Shown piece after piece: positions 26,598 through 36,071 of a stretch of DNA of 64,000 nt. The translations under genes were made by a program, and so were the position numbers. The notes below the pieces were generated by a model, which ran no database searches, was not told the DNA's origin, and worked only from the letters and a program-made list of their open reading frames with translations. Position 1 is the first letter of the stretch; the number at the start of each line of letters is the position of its first letter. The stretch covers positions 72,119 through 136,118 of the forward strand of contig DYEA01000008.1 of assembly GCA_020725885.1 (NCBI GenBank), given 5' to 3'. The stretch is from Slackia sp. (GTDB lineage: Bacteria > Actinomycetota > Coriobacteriia > Anaerosomatales > Anaerosomataceae).

Positions 26598-27856
26598 CCA
26601 GCACCTTCGACGTCCAGGCCCGCATCGCCGAGATCCGGGCGCTCGCTGAGGCAGCACGCGACAAGAAGGCGGCCTATGGGCCCGACCTCGACCTCGCCCG
26701 CTTCAACGCGGCCCGCGACGCGACAAGCGTCGAGTCGCTCGAGTCGCTCGAGAAGCAGGTCAAAGAAGTCGCGCTCGGCGTCGGCATCGACACCAAGGAA
26801 GAGAACCGCTCGGGCACGTACTTCCAGGTCGACCGCTCGCCCATCTACGAGCGCGTCACAGAGATGTACGGCGGCAAGCTGGAGATCATGAGCACGGCCC
26901 AGGCGCTCGAGCTGTACCCCGAACTGATGTACGAGAAGTACTACTGGCGGGCCGTCGCGCCGGACAAGGACAAGTACACCGCCCAGGTCGCCCTGCAGCC
27001 GACGGAGGGCTACTTCATCCGCGTGCTGCCCGGCCAGAAGATCGAGAAGCCCATCCAGGCGTGCCTGTTCGTGAGCGAGAACAACATCAGCCAGAACGTC
27101 CACAACGTCATCGTCATGGAGGAGGGCTCTGAGGCCACCGTCATCACCGGCTGCACCATCCACCCGAAGGTGCGCGAGGGGCTGCACGCGGGGATCTCCG
27201 AGTTCTACGTGGGCAAGGGCGCAAAGCTCACGTTCACGATGATCCACAACTGGGCCGAGGACTTCGACGTCCGCCCGCGCACGGGCATCGTGGTCGAGGA
27301 GGACGGCACGTACGTCAACAACTACATCCTGCTCAAGCCCGTGAAGTCCATCCAGAGCTTCCCGGTGGCGCGGCTGGTCGGAGCGCGCTCTCGCGCCGTC
27401 TTCAACTCCATCGTCTACGGCCTGGCAGACAGCTACATCGACATCGGCTCCGAGTCGGTATTGGAAGGCCCCGGCTCTCGCTCAGAGGCGATCGCTCGCA
27501 CGGTCACGAGAGACCGCTCGGTCGTCTACAGCCGCGGACGTCTCGTCGGCCGTACGAACGACTGCAAGGCGCACTTGGACTGCCGCGGCATGGTGCAGTC
27601 GGAGCACTCGACGCAGTGGGCGATCCCCGACCTGGCGAGCGAAGGCGCGCCGGGAGCGGAGCTCAGCCACGAGGCCGCCATCTCGCCCATCGCCGCTGAG
27701 GAGATCTACTACCTGATGAGCCGGGGCGTCCCGAAGGACGAAGCGGTGTCGATGATCACGCGGGGCTTCCTCGACCTGGAGATCCCGGGCCTGCCGCCGG
27801 CGCTCAAACGGCAGATCGACAAGGCGCTCGAAGAGACCGCGAAAGAATCGATGTAG
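26585..27856 (+). CDS. sufB: Fe-S cluster assembly protein SufB/SufD family
   Basis: 448 aa with the SufB/D beta-helix region (NVHNVIVMEEGSEATVITGC...). The start overlaps the sufC end. Confidence 0.8.
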   Translation: MPDVASTFDVQARIAEIRALAEAARDKKAAYGPDLDLARFNAARDATSVESLESLEKQVKEVALGVGIDTKEENRSGTYFQVDRSPIYERVTEMYGGKLEIMSTAQALELYPELMYEKYYWRAVAPDKDKYTAQVALQPTEGYFIRVLPGQKIEKPIQACLFVSENNISQNVHNVIVMEEGSEATVITGCTIHPKVREGLHAGISEFYVGKGAKLTFTMIHNWAEDFDVRPRTGIVVEEDGTYVNNYILLKPVKSIQSFPVARLVGARSRAVFNSIVYGLADSYIDIGSESVLEGPGSRSEAIARTVTRDRSVVYSRGRLVGRTNDCKAHLDCRGMVQSEHSTQWAIPDLASEGAPGAELSHEAAISPIAAEEIYYLMSRGVPKDEAVSMITRGFLDLEIPGLPPALKRQIDKALEETAKESM

Positions 27857-28014
27857 CGGCGCAGCCCGCGCCGGCTGGCAACCCTCGCTCGCCGACCCGC
27901 TCGGAGGGTCTCAGCCGTGCCCCCGCAAGAGAATCGCTGCCACTTTGTTCGTGATTGCACACACTAGACAATGTGGCATAAGCATTGCTAAGATTCATTG
28001 CGGAGGCGATTGCG

Positions 28015-28155
28015 ATGGTCACCCGGACCACATGCCCCGCATGCAAGGGCAACAAGTACGTCACAGTGACGCTCTCCGACGGACGGCGCGACCACCGTCG
28101 GTGCCCTGAGTGCGGCGGCGCGGGCTACAAGGTCCGCGTCATGCATTCCCGCTAG
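28015..28155 (+). CDS. Small zinc-ribbon protein (46 aa; CPAC...CPEC); not in the ORF track because it is below 60 aa
   Basis: ATG has GGAGG 8 nt upstream and follows an AT-richer promoter-like spacer. The product is MVTRTTCPACKGNKYVTVTLSDGRRDHRRCPECGGAGYKVRVMHSR. Confidence 0.45.
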   Translation: MVTRTTCPACKGNKYVTVTLSDGRRDHRRCPECGGAGYKVRVMHSR

Positions 28156-28204
28156 ACAGCGGCGGCCCCGCCCTCGCGATACGGAGGGCGGGGCTGTCTT
28201 CCGT

Positions 28205-28417
28205 TCACCCCGTCTTGATGTAGTACCGGCATTGCGTCTTGCGCGGGCAGTCCGACGGCAGCTCAGACGTCTTGTACACCCACAGGTCGCCGTCGACCCA
28301 GCAGGTGCAGCGGATCCGCTTGTCTGCAGGCTTCACCGCCACGCTGTAGGCGTCGTCCTCGTCCGGCTGCTCGCGCCAGAACTGGCACTTCCCCTTGATC
28401 GGCGAGAAGGCATCCAT
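28205..28417 (-). CDS. Small Cys-rich hypothetical protein (70 aa, 6 Cys)
   Basis: ATG (M13 of the track ORF) has a GGGGGA RBS. The gene is convergent with the zinc-ribbon gene. Confidence 0.4.
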   Translation of the reverse strand: MDAFSPIKGKCQFWREQPDEDDAYSVAVKPADKRIRCTCWVDGDLWVYKTSELPSDCPRKTQCRYYIKTG

Positions 28418-28490
28418 CGTTCCCCCTGAACGCTGACGCGATGAGAGTACCATGCGTCCGAGGACTGCGGGAAACCGCCAGGCACGCCGT

Positions 28491-29402
28491 TCAGCGGGCG
28501 AGCACCGCGCCGAACGTCAGGCAGAGGAACGCGCCGAGCATGTACACCGAGGCGCCCTTGAACAGCGCCCAGTTGTGGCGTTCGGTCGGCGACACGAGCG
28601 TGAGCAGCGCCAGCCCGTCCAGGCCGACGCCCAGCACGACCAGCGTGACGATGGCTCCGCGCGCGATGCCCTCGAGGGCTCCCGCTGCCGTGAGCACGAT
28701 GGTCGCCAGCACGGTGGCCACGGCGATCGCACGCCGTGCGGCCCGCTTGCCGTAGACGGTCGGCCAGACCGGCACTCCGGCCTCCTCGTACTCGCGCGCA
28801 TGGCGCGTCGCGAGCGTCAGGATGTGCGCCGGGATCCACAGCACGATGCCGAGCGCGAGCATCAGCCCCACGACATCGACCCGGCCGAGCGCGAGCACCC
28901 GGCCAGCGAGCGCAGGCATGCCGCCGGACACGCCGCCGAAGACGATCGACAGCGGGCTGCGCCGCTTGAGCCACATCGTGTAGACCACTAGATCGAAGAA
29001 CAGCCCTGCCGCCACAACGGCCGCGAACAGCGGGGACAGCCCGAGCGCCAGAAGCACGCCCGCAGCAGAGGCCGCGAGCCCCACGGCCGTCGCCTGGCCG
29101 GGCCCGATCTCGCCTCGCGGGATCGGCCGGCCCGCCGTCCTGGCCATCTTCGCGTCGATGTCGCGGTCGAGCACCATGTTCAAGACCGTGCAGCCGCTGA
29201 TCGCGAGCGCCAGCGCGAGCGTCCCGCGCGCCAGCGCGCCTCCGTCGATCGCGGGAGCGGCCGTGAGCACGTACGCCCCGACGGCCGTCACGAGCAGCAG
29301 CCCCGTCTGCTTGGGTTTGGTGAGCGCGACCAGGGACTCTATCGCCCGCAGCCCCGCCACAGGACGCGGCGCCTCGGCTGCGACCTCTTCCCGCGCGTCC
29401 AT
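28491..29402 (-). CDS. ctaB: Protoheme IX farnesyltransferase (heme O synthase, UbiA family)
   Basis: NMVLDRDIDAKMARTAGRPIPRGEI and a second Asp-rich region. Multiple TM helices. Confidence 0.8.
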   Translation of the reverse strand: MDAREEVAAEAPRPVAGLRAIESLVALTKPKQTGLLLVTAVGAYVLTAAPAIDGGALARGTLALALAISGCTVLNMVLDRDIDAKMARTAGRPIPRGEIGPGQATAVGLAASAAGVLLALGLSPLFAAVVAAGLFFDLVVYTMWLKRRSPLSIVFGGVSGGMPALAGRVLALGRVDVVGLMLALGIVLWIPAHILTLATRHAREYEEAGVPVWPTVYGKRAARRAIAVATVLATIVLTAAGALEGIARGAIVTLVVLGVGLDGLALLTLVSPTERHNWALFKGASVYMLGAFLCLTFGAVLAR

Positions 29403-29425
29403 AGCCTGCTCGTCACCTCGGACCT

Positions 29426-30760
29426 TCACGCTGTGACCAGCGCCTCTTCCGCGACGGCCTCGCAGGCCGGCGTCGCGCAATCCGACAGCAACGCCTTCTC
29501 TTCGGCCGGCAACAGCGACCGCTCGAAGTCACGGATGTCGTTGGACGCGGCCAGCGACTCTCGCATCATGACGAGCAGAAGATACCGCCCCTTCGGGCTC
29601 AGTACCAGCGCGTCGTCGTCCTCGCGCTCCACTGCCCCTACCGCACGGAAGAACGCGACTTCGCCCGCGAGACCGAGCGAGACCGGCACACCGAAGTCGC
29701 GCTGGAACGCGCGTTTGTCCAGCGATCCGCCGAACAGCTCGCCCATGAAGCGGTACCGCATCCGCGCGAAACGGCCGAACGGCCGTCCGGCCTTGGCCAC
29801 CGACATCCTGCCGCTGCTGATGCGCCTCTCGTAGTCGCTGAGCGAGAAGGTGTTGTGATACACGCGGCCACCAAGGAACGACATCGCGCCCGAGCCGATG
29901 CCGAGGTACTCCTCGGTGTCGACGATGTACTCGTCGATCATGCTGTCGACGTCCTTCGAGAACGTCCACGCAGACGACGGCTCGAAGTCAGGCGCGAGGC
30001 CGTCGCAGATGGCGTGGTAGTACTCAGCCTCGCGCACGAGGTCGATGCGCCCGATGCTGCGCTGCAGCTCACGGCGCATCTTCGGCGACGCCATGAGCGG
30101 ATAGAACGTCGTCTGGTTCGCGCCCGTCGCCTTGACCATCTCGATGTCGCGCTCGAGGATCTCGCGCGTCTGCGACGGGAAGTTGAAGATCATGTCCACG
30201 TTCAGCGAGTGGAACCGGCCCGCCGCGCGCTGCACGTGCTCGAACACGGTCCGGCCGCACCCGTACTTGTCGTAGCGCGCCATCTGATGGAGCAGCATGT
30301 CGTCGAACGACTGCACCCCCACCGACAGCCGCTGCACACGGGGTGCAAGAAGCTCGATGTTCTCCTCGGCGATGTGGTTGGGGCTGGTCTCGGTCGAGAC
30401 CTCGCGGATGCCCGGGAACAGCGAGCGCGCGAGGTCGATGGTCTCGCACAGCTCGTCCACGAGGATCGTCGGCGTCCCGCCGCCGATGTACAGCGAGCAG
30501 AAGTCGTACCCGAGGTCGGCCACCATCCGCATCTCCTCGCGGAGCCACCGGAAGTAGCGCCTCGCCCGCTCCTCCGCGTACAGGAAGCGGTTGAACGAGC
30601 AGTACGGGCAGAGCCGCTCGCAGAACGGCACGTGCGCGTACAGCGTGTAGCGGTGCCCGGGCTCCGGGCACGGGAGCCGGCGCAAGTCCACGGGCTCGGT
30701 CTTCAGGTACGCAGGACTCATCACCCGCATGACGGCGGTGAGAATGCGCTCGGACAGCAT
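29426..30760 (-). CDS. HemN-family radical SAM protein (oxygen-independent coproporphyrinogen III oxidase / HemW-like)
   Basis: HVPFCERLCPYCSFN (CxxxCxYC radical-SAM motif), GGGTPT motif and a HemN C-terminal domain. It is adjacent to ctaB. Confidence 0.85.
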   Translation of the reverse strand: MLSERILTAVMRVMSPAYLKTEPVDLRRLPCPEPGHRYTLYAHVPFCERLCPYCSFNRFLYAEERARRYFRWLREEMRMVADLGYDFCSLYIGGGTPTILVDELCETIDLARSLFPGIREVSTETSPNHIAEENIELLAPRVQRLSVGVQSFDDMLLHQMARYDKYGCGRTVFEHVQRAAGRFHSLNVDMIFNFPSQTREILERDIEMVKATGANQTTFYPLMASPKMRRELQRSIGRIDLVREAEYYHAICDGLAPDFEPSSAWTFSKDVDSMIDEYIVDTEEYLGIGSGAMSFLGGRVYHNTFSLSDYERRISSGRMSVAKAGRPFGRFARMRYRFMGELFGGSLDKRAFQRDFGVPVSLGLAGEVAFFRAVGAVEREDDDALVLSPKGRYLLLVMMRESLAASNDIRDFERSLLPAEEKALLSDCATPACEAVAEEALVTA

Positions 30761-30905
30761 GTCGATCAACCCCCAGGCAAGAACCGCGCTCAGCGGCGGT
30801 GTTCCTTGGCTGCTTTCGACGCGGCAGACATGTTCCCTGCATCATGAGACACGGGGCGACATAGTACACCATGCCGCCCCGCTGCTGTCCTCGCCCTGAA
30901 GCGCG

Positions 30906-33095
30906 CTACTCTGCCGGAGGCTCCTCGGTCGCAGCCTGCGCGCCCGGCGTCTCCTGAGCGAGCCTCTCTTTGAGCTGCTGCTTGATCGTCGCGACCATCT
31001 CGGCCTGGGCGGGATCCTGCTCGCGCGCCGCCGTGCCGAGCTCGCCCAGCTTCTCGGTGGCCATGAGCGCCATCAGCAGCCCGAAGGCGTTCAGGTTGCC
31101 GACGGCGCCTTCTCCGTCGCCGCCGCCGCCCATGTTCACGACGGTGGACGGCACGATGGGCACCTTCGACGCCTCGACCGCCGCCGCGAGCTTGGACATG
31201 ACCTCCTGGATGAGCTGGAGCTGCGGCCCGCCGTACGCCCGCACCTGCTCGTCGATGGCGATCGCCTTGCCGACGCCGACCTTCGCCTCTTTCTCCGCAT
31301 CGGCCTCAGCGAGCATCTTCACGCGCAACGCGTCCGCCTCGCCGAGCTTTTTGACGCGCGTCGCTTCGGCCTCGGCCATGACCTGGACCTTCTTGGCATC
31401 GGCTTCGGCGAGCAGCTTCACCTTCTCCGCGTCGCCGGCTGCCAGCGCCTTCACGCGGTCGGCGTCGGCCTTGGCAAGCGTGCGCACGCGCTCCGCGTCC
31501 TGCACCGCACGCTGCAGGTCGGCGCGCGCCTGGTTCTCCTGAACCTGGATGTTGATCTGCGACTGCGTGAGCACGGTCTGCTGCTCCGCGACCGCCTGCG
31601 CCTCGCGCAGCTCGCGCTCCTTCTCGGCCGCCGCGCGCTGCTTCTCGAACGTCTCGAGCTTCTCATAGGCGATCTGCCGGTCGCGCAGCTGGACGAGGAT
31701 CATCTCGATCTTGTCGTCGCCCGGCGCGGAGTGCGGGGTGCCGATGAGCACCTCTTCCAGCTCGAGGTTATAGTGCGCGAACTTCTCCTTCATCTCGACG
31801 GAGCTGGTGCGCTGGATCTCGGAGCGCTGCTGGATCAATTCGATCAGCGTCTTCGTCTGACCGACGTTCTTGAAGTACGCGGACACCATGGGGTCGAGCG
31901 TCTGGTTGACGAGCATCTTGATGTCGCCGAACCGCTGGATGACGAGCGGCGCCTTGCGGTAGTCGATGTGGATCACGACCGACAGAGGGAGCATCGGCTC
32001 GAAGGCGTCCTTGGTGATGAGGCTGACTTCCGCGAGGTTCGCGTCGTAGCCGTGCTCGCCCGTCTCGCCGGCCACCCACTTCAGGATGATGTTGGTCGTC
32101 GGCACCATGATGATCGTCCCGGCATACGTGTTGAACGCGTACTTGCCAGGCAGCAGCGCCTCGTTCCACACGCCGCGGTTCCCGGGCGCCACCAGCTCGC
32201 CGTGCCGGTACTCCTCGCCGGACGTGTCCTGGCCGCGCGGGCCGTAGTAGCTCACGACGACGCCGGCGTACCCGACCGGGATGACGACTTTTGGGATCAA
32301 CTCGACCGTGGCGAACAAGCGGTTGATGAAGTACGTGCCCTCGGTCAGCACCTGGTACTGCCGGCCACGGAAGCCGCCTGCCGCCAGGAACTTCTCCGGG
32401 TTCTGGAAGTTGTTGTGGTAGTTCGGGTCGTCCGGCTTGTCGCCCACCGGCGGCGCGATGATGTCGCCCATCGGCAGCGACGGACCGTCGTGCACCGTGA
32501 CGATGCCGGTCTTGTCGTCGGCGTCACGGATGACGATGGGGTCGAAGCCCTTGATCGCGTGCAGGTGCGCCGCCATCGACTCGATGGTGGCCTGCTCCTC
32601 GCGGCTGCCCATCGGCAGGTAGTACGTGCGGCCTTCGGTGATGATCACGAACTGCGCGAGGTTGAAGGCGTAGGTGCCCTCGCGGAGGATCCCTCGCTGC
32701 GGACCGCGTTGGCCGCCGTTGGCCAGGAACGCCCGCACGTCCTGGAAGTAGTTGCACTCCACGAGACGGCCGAGCGTCTGCTGCGGCTGCAGCGGCTCGC
32801 CGTCGCGCGCGAACACGTAGCCGATCTTCCCTTGCGGGATCGTGATGAGCGGCATGACGTGCACGCGGTACATGAGCGGCGTGCGGAAGTGGATGCCGCC
32901 TCGCAAGACGTCAGGCTGGTAGCCCGCTTCGCCCTTGAGCGCGATGATGCTGTCTTTCAGCGAGCCCTTGGGCGACCACCACTTCTCGACGATGCCCACC
33001 CGATCGGGCCTGATGATGCGCACGCCCAGCAGGAACCACAACAGCACCAAACCCGCCGGGATGCCGATGATCAGCATCTCGAACAGACCGATCAC
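30906..33095 (-). CDS. Flotillin-like SPFH/band-7 protein (FloT/YqiK-like) with N-terminal TM and a long Ala/Glu coiled coil
   Basis: N-terminal TM helix, an SPFH domain, then repeated AEADA(K/E)K(V/E) coiled-coil heptads. Confidence 0.85.
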   Translation of the reverse strand: MIGLFEMLIIGIPAGLVLLWFLLGVRIIRPDRVGIVEKWWSPKGSLKDSIIALKGEAGYQPDVLRGGIHFRTPLMYRVHVMPLITIPQGKIGYVFARDGEPLQPQQTLGRLVECNYFQDVRAFLANGGQRGPQRGILREGTYAFNLAQFVIITEGRTYYLPMGSREEQATIESMAAHLHAIKGFDPIVIRDADDKTGIVTVHDGPSLPMGDIIAPPVGDKPDDPNYHNNFQNPEKFLAAGGFRGRQYQVLTEGTYFINRLFATVELIPKVVIPVGYAGVVVSYYGPRGQDTSGEEYRHGELVAPGNRGVWNEALLPGKYAFNTYAGTIIMVPTTNIILKWVAGETGEHGYDANLAEVSLITKDAFEPMLPLSVVIHIDYRKAPLVIQRFGDIKMLVNQTLDPMVSAYFKNVGQTKTLIELIQQRSEIQRTSSVEMKEKFAHYNLELEEVLIGTPHSAPGDDKIEMILVQLRDRQIAYEKLETFEKQRAAAEKERELREAQAVAEQQTVLTQSQINIQVQENQARADLQRAVQDAERVRTLAKADADRVKALAAGDAEKVKLLAEADAKKVQVMAEAEATRVKKLGEADALRVKMLAEADAEKEAKVGVGKAIAIDEQVRAYGGPQLQLIQEVMSKLAAAVEASKVPIVPSTVVNMGGGGDGEGAVGNLNAFGLLMALMATEKLGELGTAAREQDPAQAEMVATIKQQLKERLAQETPGAQAATEEPPAE

Positions 33096-33195
33096 GTGCC
33101 CCCCTCTCGTAGCAGCGAGCAGCCGACGCTCACGATACTAGCGCGAAATCGAGCGCAGGACACCCGGGGCTTCCGCTTCAGCGCCTCGGTCACGC

Positions 33196-33603
33196 CTACG
33201 CCAGCCACCGCCCGACGAGGTAGCCGACCGCAGACACGACGGCGGTCAGGGTCGTGCCCCACACCAGGTCGACGATGGCGACGATCGCCGGCCAGCCTTG
33301 GATGGTCGAGAGGTTGGTGATGTCGTAGGTCCCATACGCCACGAGACCCAGAAGCGCACCTCCGATGACGGCTTTCGCCACCGACCCCGCATCCAGAGCT
33401 GGTACGACCACGAGCACGAGGACGCCGACGACGTAGACCAAGTAGAACAGGAGCGCCACTACGAGATTGGGCGATGCGGCCATGAGGTCTCCGAGGTGAC
33501 GGCGGTAGAACCGGTCGCCCATCGTCGAAAGCCACACGAAATCGATCCCGAGGAACACGAGCAGCGACGCTGCGTACAGCAGCGCGGCTTTCCCTGCTGG
33601 CAT
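33196..33603 (-). CDS. DUF2177-like small integral membrane protein (135 aa, 4 TM)
   Basis: ATG 33603 has a strong GGAAGGAG RBS. The rest of the long track ORF 33196-34722 is antisense to the LPXTG gene and was rejected. Confidence 0.6.
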   Translation of the reverse strand: MPAGKAALLYAASLLVFLGIDFVWLSTMGDRFYRRHLGDLMAASPNLVVALLFYLVYVVGVLVLVVVPALDAGSVAKAVIGGALLGLVAYGTYDITNLSTIQGWPAIVAIVDLVWGTTLTAVVSAVGYLVGRWLA

Positions 33604-33750
33604 GGCGACTCCTTCCGACGGCGACTGCCGTTTATCTACCCGCTCAGACCGTTCGGCAGAACGCGGTGCGCAGGAAGCGCAGGACCGTCTCGCAAGGCGC
33701 ACAATGGGTACATTATTGGTAGACATTCTCAAGTTTAGGAGGCGAGAACG

Positions 33751-34527
33751 ATGGCAGCGAGGACAAAGACCGCGAGACCCCTTGCGGCGCGCGCACTCGT
33801 TCTGGCGGTCGGTGTAGCTGTTCTGACCGCGCTGGCGCTCCCTTCTTGGGCGCTGCTCAACGTGCCGCTCCACAGCGCGCACGTCGGCGCGTCCAGCCTG
33901 ACGTTCTCCTGGGGTTCCAACAACGGCGGCCTGAGCGACCCGGTCGTGTGGCACTTCGTCCTGAACGGCATGGATCGCGGCACCGCCCCCGCCCAACTCA
34001 CGGTCACGTTCCAGAATGCTGGGACCAAGACCGTGACGGCGGCGAACAGCGGTCAGACGCAGCACTTCTTCGTCGGCACCGCTGGGCATGACGTGCTCAC
34101 GGGCGGCTATGCGGTGACCACCTCGAGCAAGGTGAACAACCTCGTGCTCAGCCACGTGTGGTACGACCGGAACGGCGATCCCGGCGACGACCCGGATGAC
34201 CCTGTCGACCCGGGCGACGACCCGGACGATCCCGCTGATCCTGGCGACGGCGAGGACCCCGGCGATCCCGAAGACCCGGGCGACGACCCGGATGACCCTG
34301 TCGACCCGGGCGACGACCCGGACGATCCCGCTGATCCTGGCGACGGCGAGGACACCACCAGCGGCGAACAGCCTGAGGACTTCCTGCCCTTCACCGAGCA
34401 GGACACGGACGACGAGCCGGACTTCCTGCCCTACACCGGCATCGAGCTGGCGCTGCTCCTGACGGCAGCCGGAACCTCTGCAGCGGCAGGCGCGTGGATC
34501 CGAAGGAGGAGCAAGGTCTCCGAGTAG
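33751..34527 (+). CDS. LPXTG-anchored surface protein with PGDDPDDP acidic tandem repeats
   Basis: AGGAGG RBS and a signal peptide. The C-terminus is LPYTG, a hydrophobic stretch, then RRRSK (the sortase sorting signal). Confidence 0.8.
   Translation: MAARTKTARPLAARALVLAVGVAVLTALALPSWALLNVPLHSAHVGASSLTFSWGSNNGGLSDPVVWHFVLNGMDRGTAPAQLTVTFQNAGTKTVTAANSGQTQHFFVGTAGHDVLTGGYAVTTSSKVNNLVLSHVWYDRNGDPGDDPDDPVDPGDDPDDPADPGDGEDPGDPEDPGDDPDDPVDPGDDPDDPADPGDGEDTTSGEQPEDFLPFTEQDTDDEPDFLPYTGIELALLLTAAGTSAAAGAWIRRRSKVSE
34183..34353. repeat. Two tandem copies of a 96-bp (32-codon) repeat inside the LPXTG gene
   Basis: The 75-nt string ggcgacgacccggatgaccctgtcgacccgggcgacgacccggacgatcccgctgatcctggcgacggcgaggac occurs at 34183 and again at 34279. 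Confidence 0.7.
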
Positions 34528-34549
34528 ACGATCGCACAGAGATAGACAA

Positions 34550-34580
34550 GGGCGGCCGCTCGGCCGCCCTTCTCGTTTCT
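34550..34580. terminator. Bidirectional intrinsic terminator between the LPXTG gene and tRNA-Leu
   Basis: Hairpin gggcggccg-ct-cggccgccc followed by ttctcgtttct on the plus strand. The tRNA 3' end abuts it on the minus strand. Confidence 0.55.
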
Positions 34581-34666
34581 TGGTGCGGGTGAGAGGAGTT
34601 GAACCTCCACGGGGTTGCCCCCACATGGACCTGAACCATGCGCGTCTGCCATTCCGCCACACCCGC
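34581..34666 (-). tRNA. tRNA-Leu(CAG)
   Basis: Reverse complement: GCGGGTG-TG-GCGGAATGGCAGACGC-G-CATGG-TT-CAG-GT-CCATG-[variable arm TGGGGGCAACCCCG]-TGGAGGTTCAACTCCTC-TCACCCGC-A-CCA. Confidence 0.9.
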
Positions 34667-34881
34667 TCGTGTGCGAATGAGGATACTACCATAGGTCGCG
34701 CGCAGAGAGGAACACCTGGCATCGGTTATGCTGCACATCCGATGCGGAGACGTTGCACCGCCGCGGGCCGCAGCCCCGATTCGCGGCGCTCACCACGCCG
34801 CCTTGTGGCAATGGTCACAAGAGTGGTGTAGGATGTAGTGAATCGTGCGTGGCGTCCAAAGCTGCATGTTGGAGGACACGC

Positions 34882-35967
34882 TTGACCTACGGCAGGACAT
34901 CGAGGACGCTTGCGGCGGCGACGTTGGTCGGCGTCGCTCTCATGCTCGCCGTAGCAACGTCCGCATACGCGTTCGACGAGACGACTGACACGATCCCTCC
35001 GTTCAACGAAGAGAACTGCGGCGGCTGCCACCAGCCGTACTTCACAGTGGGCTCAGGCGTTCACGGCAGCTACACGACGACCACGAGCAAGTGCCGGATG
35101 TGCCATTCGGTCCACGTCGCGCCCGCTGGGGGCGTGCTCCTGCTTCCTTCATCCACCATACAGGGCACGTGCTTCACTTGCCACGACGGCACGGGCGGCA
35201 AAGGCGTCTACGGCGCCATAGCGGCACGCGGCCTCGCCGTGGGAGGAAGGCACAGCACTGAGACGACGAACGTCGTTCCGGGAGGCGACGCCCTGACCGG
35301 CGGGAGCGCTGCGCAGTCGTTCCGCGGACAGGGCGGCACGCTCACGTGCACTGACTGCCATTCCCCACACGGCTCCGAGATCGTGACGGCGTTCCCGGGC
35401 GACAGACGTCGCATCTCTGGCATGCCGCCGCTGACTCTTACCCGCATGCTGCGTCAGCGTCCAGGAGAGGCCACGCAAGCCGTGAGCGAGTACGGCTCGG
35501 ACTGGTGCCTCGCGTGCCACCGAGGTCGTCGATCCGGTCTGCCGACGACCCACAACCACCCAGTGGAGTCGCTGACGACCACCGCGAACCCCTACAACTA
35601 CCGCGTCGCCGCGATCCTCGCGACCGACGCGCCGACCAGCACCGCAGTCCTCGGCAGCATCGGCATGACCAACCGCGGCTACCTCTGGCCGTATCCACGG
35701 CCGACGCTCATGAGAGGCCACTACCCGATCTGCCAGCAGTGCCACGAGGACACGCGCTACGTCGGCGAGCTCACGCCCGCAGGCACGCAGGGCGACGCGG
35801 CGACGTGGACGGTGAGCGCGGCGGACGGGACGGTATCGACCGACAACCCGCGCTTCCAGAACTTCCCTCACGAGACGACCGGGTACCGGCTGTTGGTGGA
35901 GGCCACGACGACCGCCTACTCCGACGACCTGTGCCTCAACTGCCACCCAGTCGCACAGCTGCCGTAG
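34882..35967 (+). CDS. Secreted heptaheme c-type cytochrome (paralog 1 of 3)
   Basis: TTG start has GGAGG 6 nt upstream. Signal peptide ...LMLAVATSAYA|FDETT. Seven CxxCH motifs (CGGCH, CRMCH, CFTCH, CTDCH, CLACH, CQQCH, CLNCH). Confidence 0.8.
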   Translation: MTYGRTSRTLAAATLVGVALMLAVATSAYAFDETTDTIPPFNEENCGGCHQPYFTVGSGVHGSYTTTTSKCRMCHSVHVAPAGGVLLLPSSTIQGTCFTCHDGTGGKGVYGAIAARGLAVGGRHSTETTNVVPGGDALTGGSAAQSFRGQGGTLTCTDCHSPHGSEIVTAFPGDRRRISGMPPLTLTRMLRQRPGEATQAVSEYGSDWCLACHRGRRSGLPTTHNHPVESLTTTANPYNYRVAAILATDAPTSTAVLGSIGMTNRGYLWPYPRPTLMRGHYPICQQCHEDTRYVGELTPAGTQGDAATWTVSAADGTVSTDNPRFQNFPHETTGYRLLVEATTTAYSDDLCLNCHPVAQLP

Positions 35968-36071
35968 CGAACATCAGACGGCGTCGCAGGTCCGTTCTCT
36001 GGCTGTGCACCGCACGTGAAGACCGGCTCGGCCTTCGGTCGCGAGCGGTACACTAGCGCCGGAGAACGCTG

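Noticed and set aside
34183-34353. Possible CRISPR-like or IS-like repeat
   Set aside because: The 96-bp tandem duplication is in-frame inside a coding gene (acidic repeats) with no spacers. No CRISPR array was seen anywhere in the window.
33604-34722. The upstream 370 codons of minus ORF 33196-34722
   Set aside because: They are antisense to the well-supported LPXTG gene and tRNA-Leu. Only the DUF2177 portion with a strong RBS at 33603 was retained.
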